From Phoronis australis (lineage: Eukaryota > Animalia > Phoronida): DNA of 64,000 nucleotides. Shown piece after piece: positions 1 through 10,797 of the stretch. The stretch is taken from positions 609,179-673,178 of the forward strand of contig NMRA01000147.1 in NCBI GenBank assembly GCA_002633005.1, written 5' to 3'. The notes beneath the pieces were generated by a model. It was not told where the DNA came from, ran no database searches, and worked only from the letters and a program-made list of their open reading frames with translations. Position numbers and translations under genes: made by a program. Every line of letters begins with the position of its first letter. The stretch's first letter is position 1.

Positions 1-360
1 TCATTGTTATCAGCAGTGCTCTTTCAATGACTTTGCAATAATAGACCAGGCAGTAACAACAAAGGAGCTTAAAATTCGTGAGGCTTTACATATCAGTTGG
101 TGCAAGCCCAATCTCAATAGGCAACTGACACACCACAGGTTGTCATTGTTGGTATAGTTCATTGTCACTCCCTGTAACTGACTGTATCTGTGCTTCATTA
201 CTTGTTGCTGGGCCTAGCTAGGTGGCCACTGTATTATGACTTCTGAGGATGGTGTTTAATAAATGACACCGAAACATGTCAAGTTTTAAATCCGTTGTTG
301 TTTTCGTGAACATATGCTGTTACTTGCTATCATGGAGATTCTTACTCAAATTAAAAAAGA
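1..360 (+). mobile_element. 3' end of a Penelope-like retroelement (GIY-YIG endonuclease C-terminus plus 3' UTR/pLTR)
   Basis: Frame starting at 2 reads HCYQQCSFNDFAIIDQAVTTKELKIREALHISWCKPNLNRQLTHHRLSLLV* (stop 155-157). This matches the F.I.D.A....EL.I.EALHI...KP.LN.Q pattern of PLE GIY-YIG ends and is followed by a hammerhead-like motif. Confidence 0.75.
238..285 (+). ncRNA. Minimal type I hammerhead ribozyme in Penelope-like 3' region
   Basis: GACTT-CTGAGGA-T-GGTGT(ttaataaatg)ACACC-GAAA-CAT-GTC-AAGTT. Core CUGANGA and GAAA, helix II GGTGT/ACACC, helix I GACTT/AAGTT, GUC cleavage triplet, palindromic ACATGT at helix III. Confidence 0.7.
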
Positions 361-1383
361 CATGATAAGCAACTCATAAAGTGTCGTCATGCACAATTAT
401 AGTTTTTCGCCTGTTCCGGCCCAGTGGCCACTTTTAATCCAAGCAAACTTACAAAATGAAATCAATATTTTGTGGGGACTGGTCTAATTCTAAAAGCAGC
501 ATTATCACTATAAGTAGTGTGACATGATTACAAAACAAATTACTGGCACCCAGAAGCAAAAAATGGCTATTTACAAAATATACTTTTGAAGCTTCATAAA
601 TTAAAATATATGTTTGAACAACTACAAAAGGACGCCTCTCCAACTCCATAGACGAAGTGAAAACTAGAGGTTATCAACAAAAAGAAATTTACGTTTTCGT
701 GACAGCTCGGCGAACAAGGCTTTTAGTTCAGTAAAAAAGGCAGTAACCCTCCCGACTATGTTGAACGAACTAAATATGACAATTTTGGATAGAAGTTCAG
801 TTAGGCACCACCCTATTGGTAGAATAAAAAATAAAAGTAAAAATGGGTTTTAACTTTGCTACAAAACAAAACGATGTTGATTATAATAGTGCCATTAACT
901 ACCGCTGGGGCTAGTGCCATTGTCAGTACTGGGGTAAAACTAGCCTTGTTTCAAAGCCGTATACTAAATATATTTTGACGTTAGTCTTCATACAGCTAGC
1001 TGGCTGGATAGGGTCAAACAGGTGCTAAGACAAATGCCGCTAGACGAGTGAAACTGTATAGTCGAAATCAGATACGCCTAAACTACAGCCACCAGACTGA
1101 AAAATATACTTACCTTGGAACAAATATGTTTATGTTTAGCCTTGGGATAATCACGCAACATTGCCAAGTTGAGCTGTAGTCTGTACGTGTGGCCGTCCAC
1201 CCACAGAGTTTTATCCATAGCTTACACTGCTCGAGATGAGTTTTTGGTTTGGGAAATGGCCAAAATGAGACAGGATTTTCCTCTCTAGCCACATACCGGC
1301 TGTCGGCTTGCAGACGCCATAGCAGCACCGTTTTACCATTATAACGGCAAATTTTCTTGATGTAAACTAAAATAAACTATATA

Positions 1384-1763
1384 GTCCGGTTACCTATTGT
1401 CGTCAGGCTCCAAAGGTCGTCCGCCATCTTGTTTCGCGTGCAGCGCAACCACGCNTTGCATAAACAAACCCTGGATCATGTTTTGTGTCCCGTCGGAAGA
1501 AAATTTAAATTCGAAAACATCTTCTGAAAACGCACAAAAAAGTGTATTAGTAAAATCTACTGATTTTTAAGTGGTTTTAAAAAACAATCGGTAAACTCAC
1601 CGATTTTTGTCTCATTACTTTGATACGTGTCTCTTCCGATAAGTTAGTACCTAACGTGCACACGAGCACTCCAAATTGGAACGCTAAGTCCCGCGTGGTT
1701 GCGGTGCACGCGAAACAAGATGGCGGACGACGTTTGGAGCCTGACGACAATAGGTAACCGGAC
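1384..1763. mobile_element. MITE-like element with ~70-bp terminal inverted repeats
   Basis: 1384-1454 (gtccggttacctattgtcgtcaggctccaaa...gcaaccacgc) is a near-perfect reverse complement of 1693-1763. An N sits at 1455, at the inner edge of the left arm. Confidence 0.6.
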
Positions 1764-2829
1764 ACGCCAACGTACTCCATGTCGGGTAAAATGGCGGCTT
1801 AGAAAAGCAGACGAAAGTGTGTCAAGAATGCGGTGTTATGATTGGTCAGTTAAACCGCCAGTCGTAATCCTGGCGATAGGTCAAATATTTTAAGTTAAGT
1901 ACACACTGAAAATTCAGATGACAATGCGCAGGAATGTTGAAATAATGAACGTGGCTAAGGGTGTATAGATTTTATTGGCCAAAAACAAGTTTTCACCGAA
2001 GAATTAACCGAAGTCCTTGACTCGCCCTTGAGATTTTCACATCTCGCCTCATAATCGGCTTTTTCCGTCTCGGCTTCGGCACATCGACTTAATTTGAACT
2101 TAGGAACACGATTTCTCAAAAATGGCTTGGTAGATTTTGCCGAAACTTTCCAATCTCAAAAATTCTTTTAGGATTTTTGATATAAAGGCCTAGTTTTCGC
2201 GTAATGTAAAAAAAACGAATACGATTTCTATTTTTTACCAACATAGCTTACGTTTTGCGAGTTGATTTGTCATAAAAATCAAACGAATGGGCTAACCGAA
2301 AATTCCTAACAGCGTTTTTGAGGTAACTGGTGAAGTTTTCATTTAAAAATGGTTTCATTAAAATCGATCGAGAGGTTACTTTGCTATGAGTGTACCTATC
2401 TGAAACATGGAATTTTGACTTTAAAAGGTGTTAACGTAATAATAATAATGACACATAAGCATAAAACATTTTTTATATTCCCCGATTTTTTTTCTTTCAT
2501 AAAATATATACTTTTACAAGTTGACAAAGCCTAGTTTTTTGATATACCAGTTACAATGGAGGCCACTATAAGGTTTGAAGTAACCTTAACCGGCCTAGTA
2601 TGTAGAAATAACGACCTGTCAATTTGACTTGTAATCTTTGTGCGGAGCAAGATACGATTGGTTTTATAATAGTAAGCGGACCTAATCAAAGGTTGGTTTT
2701 GGGCAGACAACAAGGGTCTATTGCCCTTTTAAGAAATTTTGCTGTTGTGTAAATCATTATTATTAATCGACATTCTTACTCATGTTGAGATAATTCTGAT
2801 CACAGACTAGGACAATGAGATTAACAACA

Positions 2830-3070
2830 AAAAAAAAAACAATTGCAGGCGGTCTGATACACGTTGTACCAGACGTGCGCAGGCCTCGCATGTGGGCTCA
2901 TTGCACTGATAACCTGGAACCATTTTTATGCTTTATTAATATATGGTTAAAACCGAGCTGAGGAGCTGGAATCCTGACTCAAGTGTTCAGCAGTGTGACC
3001 TGGTGGGACTTGAACCCACGACCTCGGGTAAAGAAAGTGGGCACTTATCAACCAGGCCACACTACCTCCT
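2830..3070 (-). mobile_element. tRNA-derived SINE (degenerate)
   Basis: Minus strand has an A-box-like TGGCCTGGTTG and a B-box GGTTCAAGTCC at tRNA-like spacing, but no full cloverleaf. Similar heads occur near 61380-61450 and 46850-46915. Confidence 0.5.
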
Positions 3071-4519
3071 CACAATAAGATTAACACACGCTAGTGTTGT
3101 CTTGCGAAGTAAATAGGAGCCTGTAAATGACTCCGAACATGCTGCGCGACGTGTCTGCAGGTGTCGTCCGAGAATTTGTCGAGAAGTCAATCATGTTCAA
3201 CGTCATTGCAACTTTTCGGTCGACGCCTCGTGGGAGGTATAAAACTCTAAGCAAGATCTCAATGTAGTTCTATAACGGCAGTTAGAGGAGAAAGAGAGTA
3301 TGTTCACAGCATGTGGCCCTTTCAGCCCCGCGCCCCAGATCAGCTCCCAACAACACCCTATACCTTGCATTTCGAGGACAGTCCACATTGACCCTCGGTG
3401 CATCCTCACAGAAATCTTGCAGACGCAGACTGAACGCGACGACTGGTATTTTGTTTTGTCGGGAAACCACCACAGGATTGAAAACGATCTTGAATTGTTA
3501 GATTTGAGATGAAGAGGATCAACAACAACAATTCCCAAGGGGAAAGCCCTGACAGTCTAAAATCTCGGGTGCTCGACTGCTGTAACAGCTTGCTACACTC
3601 CCAGTCTCCTGAAAATTAGCCTACGAACGGGTGCGCTGGTCCTACCATAGTCTCGCATGCATTGTCTTTGTGCCAGAAATACCGAATTTGTGAAAAAGTA
3701 GCTACTTAGAGTATTTCCAGTTTAAATCCTATCGGTATCAAAAGAATCTCTCAGGTATGTTGTCTAAACCACCTGAACGTGGGAAAATGTTGTAAGACAC
3801 AAATTTAAGAAGAGCGCTTTTGGAACACCCTGTGCATTCTAACAACACGTGTGTTGGTGAAGATTGGTAGCTGTCTCGAGGCGAGAAAATCTAGCCAAAA
3901 TCACGTGCAGTGTCCTCTCATTGAAAATACACTGCAAAATCTCTTATAATCTCGCGAAGTCCTAGCGTTACTGAACTCTAACCAGCCTTCACCCATGAAT
4001 TAGAATTATCTATCGCCATCTAGCGATACAAATACACTACTTTTAATGTTGGCTTCTCGCGTAAATGAGTTTTTCATCACGCAACGCATAGCTTCTATAT
4101 CACGACTTCAAGTTCTTCAATCTAATTTTGCTCAACAAAACAAAGACGAAAATGGTAAAACATTCGACTGAAATATGAAAATAATTAAACCACGTCACAG
4201 TTTGATAAAAATATACATGCTGCTGGTGAACGGGAAAGTACCAAAATAGGATCCCTGCTGAGGGTTGAGGACCACATCAATTGTATACGTCTCTTGACCG
4301 GATCAATTATCGCCATAATGCACTCAAAAACAAGGATGCGATGAAGAGCTTCCGAAGTACAAATATTTATTTATACAAGGTTTTATTTGAAGGCTATAAG
4401 TGCGTTGCAATGAATATTTTCTGCAACACTTGTCAGTTTCGCTACATTTCTTTCCAAACCCACTATTACGTCACCATGTTACGTCACCATTTTAAAATTA
4501 CATAACAAGCTCTATAAAT

Positions 4520-5008
4520 TCTGAACAGAAGTCAAAGTTGCTCACTAGGTATTTTCGCGGATTTTTTTTCGTAAAGATTTTGAATTGCAGTTTATGTCAA
4601 AGCATTTTTCATTTAGTTTCAAATTTAAAAAAACACACGCCAAAGCACGCCTTTTAATTTGGTGTGGCAAAACGTAGACGTAGCACATTTCCCTTACATG
4701 CAAAATGTGACCTTTGATGACATTTGATGGAAATAAAACAATAGTAATTTCAAGCTGCAGCCAGTCTGACTTCTTTGAGCGCATGTGCGCATATATATCA
4801 TAAGGAGCGGGGAATTTGTATTGGGATGAAAGAGTTTTTATTTCGTCTGTACTTAAAAAATAGTGCCAAAGAATCTAACAATTTTTCTTGAAATTCTTAC
4901 AGTAATTAATCGATGTGAACAACGCTCACGTTAGCATCCCAAAAGCAGATTTGCCACGATTTGTTTAAAATACATTTTTGCAAGTTTTCGTTTTCCGTGC
5001 CTCTTTAA
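4520..5008. mobile_element. Partial copy of the TTAA-flanked non-autonomous DNA element seen at 7968-9565
   Basis: 4520-4770 aligns by eye to 8024-8310 (gattttgaatt...tgtcaaagcatttt...tagtttcaaattt, gtgacctttga, ttcaagc.gcag) and ends in gtgcctct-ttaa. Confidence 0.5.
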
Positions 5009-6267
5009 CATGCAGGAGCATAAACATGTAGTGCAATCTTCTGACGGCGAGTGTCGCTTGATCCGCGATATGCTACGCTTTCATAAGAATCAGCAATGTT
5101 ATAGATAGATGTTTTCGTAAAAAAAAACAAAACAGTGGTTGTTTACGTTTCACAAGTTCACCAATAACCCGAATCTTTGTGGTTTTGATACTTGGGCGTA
5201 TAGAGTTTGTATATTCCACAATCAATCATGACCTGAAACCTGCTCAAGTTACTAAAATGTGTGGTCACTTCACGACGTAATTTACTTAGAGCTAAAACTT
5301 GTCGTAAAAATGTCGTAAATTTAAATGGAATTCCTTCTACTTCATGCTCGACCTTTGCTCACGGGATTTGGTTGCAGAAACCCGCTGCTTGGTCTCATTG
5401 ACTGCGACGATTGAAAGCCGGGGACTACTTTGCCTCAAAGTGGAATTTTCCCGTAGTTAATTTCAACAGATACATGAACTCGTAAAAGTTTTATTCAGTA
5501 TAGGTTTAGCAGATCGCAGACACTCAATGTACGTGCTTCTCTGGTGGCACAACAACAATCGATGTATTATGCATTCAGGTATTTTTCGTGACAACAGTGA
5601 AGATCAATGCAAATTTAGTCTTCGAATTTTTTTGCAGAGGGCCGAGTCCGGTCAAGTAAAGCCAGCTCTTGTGGGAATTTCAGTCTGCATTTTGTTCTAA
5701 TGTTGAGGTGCAGCATGGCACACCTGCCAATCCGTGTGACGTCATGCGAGCTTGAGAAAACGTCAACGAAGACAGCAAAGACACACTGTTGCATGGTGTT
5801 CCGTGCTTTTCTATTCAAATACCTATACATTAAGGTGAGCACGAGAGACCACTGAACACCATAGTGCAAAATGAAACATATATTTCTCATTGCCTGAGTC
5901 GACATCTTGAAACTGGATTTTTATGCATTCTGTATTCAGCCTGATTAAATACGACTACCAAGTCGTAGATATGTCAAAAGTTTGCTAGGTATCAGTATCG
6001 ATAGTATTGGTGCCTAGCTCATCTGCGACATTAATATCCAGTCGGCGCACCAATTTTCTAATAGCAGACTGATTGTTGTTCCATTCAGTGCGGTCCGCTA
6101 CTGACCAGAGGAAGACCAAGCGAGGCAAGGACAGAAGGGGACGATTTATTGAGTACACCTGTTTGACACTTCGATAATGCCGAGGCATTGGCATTACGAA
6201 TATAAGGGAAACAGCGCGATCATAAGAATCTGACAAGCAAAACGACATTCTTTTATGACTTTCTACT

Positions 6268-7380
6268 TCACACGGCCTTCTGGAGACTTGCCGCAGATGA
6301 TCTTGTCGAGATAGAATACAAAGAAACAGTCGACGGCCTTCTCTTTTTCCTGCAGCACAAATTCAGTTTACGAAATTCTTTCTGGAAATCAGTCATTCGT
6401 TTCGCGTAAATAAATGGGTTGGTAATAGCATTGAATAGGCCAAATACCCCGAGCGAACCTCCCGGCGCAGTCGCTGGATTTAACTCCATTCCTACTTCTA
6501 TAGTAACAGAGAGAACAAATGGCATCCAGAAACCGGCAAAGGAGCCAAATATAATCAATAGTGTTTTGAGAGTTTTCATATCTTTATTGACTTTGCATCC
6601 TGTCGAAAAACTCGAAACACGTCCGTAATTTTTCTTCCTCTTATTTCCAAACTGCCTTGTGCGGTTGCATCCGGGTTTTGACAACGTCTCTGTTGATGGG
6701 ACAATATCACCAAGAGTTATCCCTATTTCTTTATTTTTTCTGCGTACAATTAAATATATTTTGACATAAATAATTACCATGCCAATTAAAAACGTGGCCA
6801 TCATTGGCAGTAAAATGTACACAAGAAACTCTTTCGAGACAGCGACCGTCATTGAAGTACACGGCTTTGACTCTTCTGCCTGGAAGATGGAACCAAATAT
6901 GATCGGGCAAAGTCCAGTAAGTGCAAAACCGCCGAGCCAACAAACAACTGTAACTATGGCAACACGACGCGGTGTCATGATCCCTTCGTGTCGAAACGGA
7001 TGGATAATAGTCAGATATCTCTCCACCGACACGAAAATGATGATAAAATAAGACGCAGTTATGGGAAAAAATAACACGGCATATCTGCTCACACAAAGTA
7101 AGTTATTAGAGTCCATATTTGGAATGTATAGTGTTCCTGCATGGTAAAGTAGTCCAATGGCGACAGCCACGTCTGCATAGGCCAGCTGAATAGTGATGGA
7201 GTTGCTAATCGTATGCAGGTTCGCTTTCCGATGATACAAAAATATTACCAGCAGATTTCCAATTAGAATGGCAAAGAAAAACACAACAAATACGCAAAAG
7301 AACAAATTAGTATGTAGCGTATGTCGATCCGAAGTGGTAACAACACTCCCGTTTTCTTCTATGGACAACTGTGCGTCCAT
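6268..7380 (-). CDS. Intronless rhodopsin-like (class A) GPCR, 370 aa, ligand unknown
   Basis: Seven hydrophobic segments with class A motifs: TM1 GN (LIGNLLV), TM2 LAYAD, TM3 ERY, TM4 W, TM6 FWMPF, TM7 NPFIY. C-terminal CC (palmitoylation-like) and N-terminal NGS sequon. Confidence 0.93.
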   Translation of the reverse strand: MDAQLSIEENGSVVTTSDRHTLHTNLFFCVFVVFFFAILIGNLLVIFLYHRKANLHTISNSITIQLAYADVAVAIGLLYHAGTLYIPNMDSNNLLCVSRYAVLFFPITASYFIIIFVSVERYLTIIHPFRHEGIMTPRRVAIVTVVCWLGGFALTGLCPIIFGSIFQAEESKPCTSMTVAVSKEFLVYILLPMMATFLIGMVIIYVKIYLIVRRKNKEIGITLGDIVPSTETLSKPGCNRTRQFGNKRKKNYGRVSSFSTGCKVNKDMKTLKTLLIIFGSFAGFWMPFVLSVTIEVGMELNPATAPGGSLGVFGLFNAITNPFIYAKRMTDFQKEFRKLNLCCRKKRRPSTVSLYSISTRSSAASLQKAV

Positions 7381-7967
7381 TTTCCAGGGACGTCAGCTCA
7401 TAAGTGTTCAATTAATCCAAAGTGGTTGGGTTAGTATCAATAAGCGAGTGCATTAACAATTTAAATATAAAGCGATTAGGCTTTTATCGCGCTACGAAAA
7501 CTGTTGAAAACGTCAAATTCGTGAAATAAATTGACGAGATTTAGAGATAATACGTTTGTCATACGGACCACACGTGATTTGCACGACTTCGTTTCTCCTT
7601 GGTTATCGTCTTATAACGATTGGCCGACTTGAACACCATTGGCCATATCTTCCGACTGGGTTCAGAGTGTTATGGCAGATTTTATTCCTGAAGCACCAGG
7701 ACTGAAATTGTACAAACAACTTTCAAAACGATCGTTCTTTTTTGACAAGTATAAATTAGTATCCTTGTAATATAACAACGATAACCTTGAGACAAATCGT
7801 TTATGATATCTTGTGGGCTGTGGCTGGTTTCGTGCTTTCAGTGACAGTTTATATAAGTTGCAAATTGATTGGGTAGGAAACGTTGCTTTTGATCAGTCTT
7901 TATGATGACATTGGTAATTGCATTACCTCGAATCGCTTTCAGCAGGGGTGGCCTTTACGCATGTTAA

Positions 7968-9565
7968 AGATGCCTGGAACGCGAAAAGACTAAATTTCAT
8001 TATTCAAGGTGGTTCTCTGTCCCTGAAACAGAATTCAATCTGTTCAACAGGTATTTTTATGGTTTGTTCGTACAGATTTTGAATTCATTTTGATGTCAAA
8101 GCATTTTCTTCTAGTTTCAAATTTCAAAAAGAACCCTGTCAACTGCCCGCCACTTCGTCGATTTTTCTCCCACGAGGCAAAGCATGTCTTCTTATACGTG
8201 TATTCGTTATGACTAGACATAGACGTAGCACATTTATCAATAATATGGGGAATGTGACCTTTGACTTTTGATGTAAACAAAACAATGGGGACTTCAAGCA
8301 GCAGTCAATCCGATTAAGAGGCAATTGATTGAGTCCTAACTATTTTTAAATTGGTTATCGTAGTGTTCAAATATATTCCAAAATGCATTTGTAATTCTTT
8401 TTGGAAAATTACTTGTTTCACTGTCTCATAGTGTGCTGTCCATCTCAGATTCGTAGTGTTATAGTCCATCTTGTCAGTTTGTGGCATGACTATGAGCGTC
8501 CGTCCTTCCGTCCATCCGTCCGTCTGTCCGTCCATCTGTCCGTCCTTCCTTCCGTTCTTCCGTTCGTCTGTCCGTCGGACCGACGGTCGCGTCCGTCCGG
8601 TGTCCGTCTGACGTCCGGTGCCCGGTGTCCGCTGCTCTATCTCCAAAACCTTTTGATGTATGTTCTTGAAATTTTGAACATGTTTTCCTTTCATTGTATG
8701 GGACGGCATGAGCGACTACCGATGTGCCCCGAAGTGGCAATTTTATTTTTTTACGTTTACCTCTTGTATCTTCAAAGGTCTTAAAGGGACTTTTATAAAA
8801 TTTGAAATGTAGGCATCTACTGGTGAGATCAAGCTACCTTTCCGTTTTCGGATGGATTTGAGGTATTTTGCGCCACCTAGTGGTCATTTTTGCTGTTTTC
8901 GAGTTTTTTGACGTACGACCCTCTATCAACTAAATCATTCTCAGGGTGATTGTGACAATTGGCACATGTGTTCTTAGCGTGAAGATGACGGTTGACAATG
9001 ACGACCTCGACTATTGTGACGCCTCGTAGTGGCAGTTTTGTTTTTGCGTCCACAGCTGTATCGACTAAACCCAATGCATTATATGGCAGGATCTTTATTA
9101 AATTTAGCAATTGTATTCATATGACGTTGGCAATGGACGACGACGATTATCAGACGGATCCAACGAACGCTTGGCTCCCTAGTAGCAATTTCATTTTTTC
9201 CGTTTCTCTCTGTTTCTCTAAAGTTCATAGACATACTCTCATGTTGCTATTTTCGAATGGATTTGGCGTATTTTGCGCCATCTAGTGGCCAGTTTCTGAT
9301 ACAAATAAACATCTCAGAAACCCACAGTTTGCGATGCATTCGTGAACGCATTTCAATGCTCTGCGTTGCTCTTGTCATAAGTGGGAGGGGGGTTAGAAAC
9401 ACTGTGGTGGCTACAGAATGTTTTCTTAGCGTGTGCTTTAAAAATTATGAATTTTTAGGGGAAAGTGAATTTGGGAATAACTTTGTAGTAGACGCGGCGA
9501 TAAAGTACTTTTGCCAGGATTTGTCCAAAAGACATTTTTAACGAGCATCCGCGTTCCATGCCCCT
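7968..9565. mobile_element. Kolobok-like non-autonomous element (TTAA flanks) with a nested insertion
   Basis: ttaa-AGATGCCTGGAACGCG ... CGCGTTCCATGCCCCT-ttaa: imperfect TIRs with AG...CT termini and TTAA on both sides. Confidence 0.55.
8440..9376 (-). mobile_element. Helentron-associated-like non-autonomous element with a (GTCC/CGTC)n microsatellite and internal subrepeats
   Basis: (CCGT/CTGT)n tract at 8497-8630, repeated gcc.c.tagtgg.catttt motifs, and the family terminus ...gcatttcaatgc...ttgctcttgt shared with 16764, 23120, 34464, 36913 and 43743. Confidence 0.5.
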
Positions 9566-9885
9566 TTAAATACTAGATCAAGGATAACGCAACATCTGGC
9601 GGCAATCACAGAAACTAGCTATACGGAGTAAATAAAAAGTGCGTATTATGGGTAATAAACTTAATGCACTAGTTATACAACTTACTAGAATGCGATTGCG
9701 ACTTTTTTATCCTGTATGCTTAATACTGACTTTTCAAATTTTATGACTAGGGTTTCTAAGATTTGTCACCGCTCTCAGTACATCGTGCTCACGCAAACGA
9801 ATAGTGCTAGTCTCAATGGATGAATTGATTTTGGATAGACCCCTTTGCAAATGATATCTCAGATGTCTAGACAAGCCACATGTCG

Positions 9886-10291
9886 TGCGTGAATTTGGAA
9901 TCTTGCGTAATCTCAAGATCGCGTATGCGTGAACTTGGAATACATCAGGAAACTTGAAAAGTTCACCCAAAAAATAACGTTCACGTGAATAAAAATTTGT
10001 ACTGCACTAAACCAAATTATATGTTAATAAAATAACGTAAAATTCAACTAAGCTTTTTACAGCTATTGGCGATCTTATTCACCAAACAATAATTGTTTTA
10101 ACGAGTCACAAATTCTTCCGATTCTTTGACAAAAGTTACCGGGTAAAGGAGAAGATGAGTGATTACAAGGCCAATAATTACAAAAATTCTTTACGCTGAA
10201 CAAAAAAATTCACCTGATTGCCCAAATATACGTTCAATTCCAAGTTCACGCATATGCGATCTTGAGATTAAGCAGGATTCTAAGTTCACCC
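9886..10291. mobile_element. MITE-like element with ~55-bp or longer TIRs
   Basis: gcgtgaatttggaatcttgcgtaatctcaagatcgcgtatgcgtgaacttggaat (9887-9941) is the imperfect reverse complement of 10237-10290. Confidence 0.6.
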
Positions 10292-10674
10292 ACACCATTA
10301 CCAACATATCTTTGAGTTATGTTGAAGATGGAGATATCCGTCTCATCGGACAAAGCACAAGAGTTTAATTTCCGCCAGGTGAAGTTGCTGTTCACCGGTT
10401 AAGATCTGATGACGAAGTTAGACAGACGTTTCAATAAGTTTCAGTTCACAGTCAATGAGATGATACGTCGAGTCCAGTCTTAACCACTAAATCTAGCCTT
10501 GTCATGATGATGTTTTACAATACAGGCAACGATGAAGACTGGTGATATAAGCGTTATGTTCCATTTTAAGGCCTACCTTAAACGGCAACACATGTAAATT
10601 TTAAATTCGAGTTCAACAACTTTATGTTAAAAGCACGGTATTGGAATGTGTTTGTGACAGGTTTTCTTGGTTTA

Positions 10675-10797
10675 TTTAGCTTAGGCACTTCCTGTATATG
10701 TTCAGTTAAAGTTATTAATTGTACCTCTTGATATATATTTAGCTTAGGTATTTCCTGTATATGTTCAGTTTAAAGTTATTAATTGCTACCTCTTGAC
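10675..10797. repeat. Two-copy ~62-bp tandem duplication
   Basis: tttagcttagg..ttcctgtatatgttcagtt(t)aaagttattaattg..acctcttga occurs twice back to back. Confidence 0.8.

Noticed and set aside
2990-3070. tRNA gene
   Set aside because: A and B boxes are present but there is no convincing cloverleaf; better explained as a SINE head.
3203-3538. Cluster of overlapping short ORFs on both strands
   Set aside because: No recognisable motif or consistent splice context; a call cannot be supported.
8314-8784. Overlapping 88-131 aa ORFs (DGRT/PSVR repeats)
   Set aside because: They arise from the stop-free (GTCC)n microsatellite.
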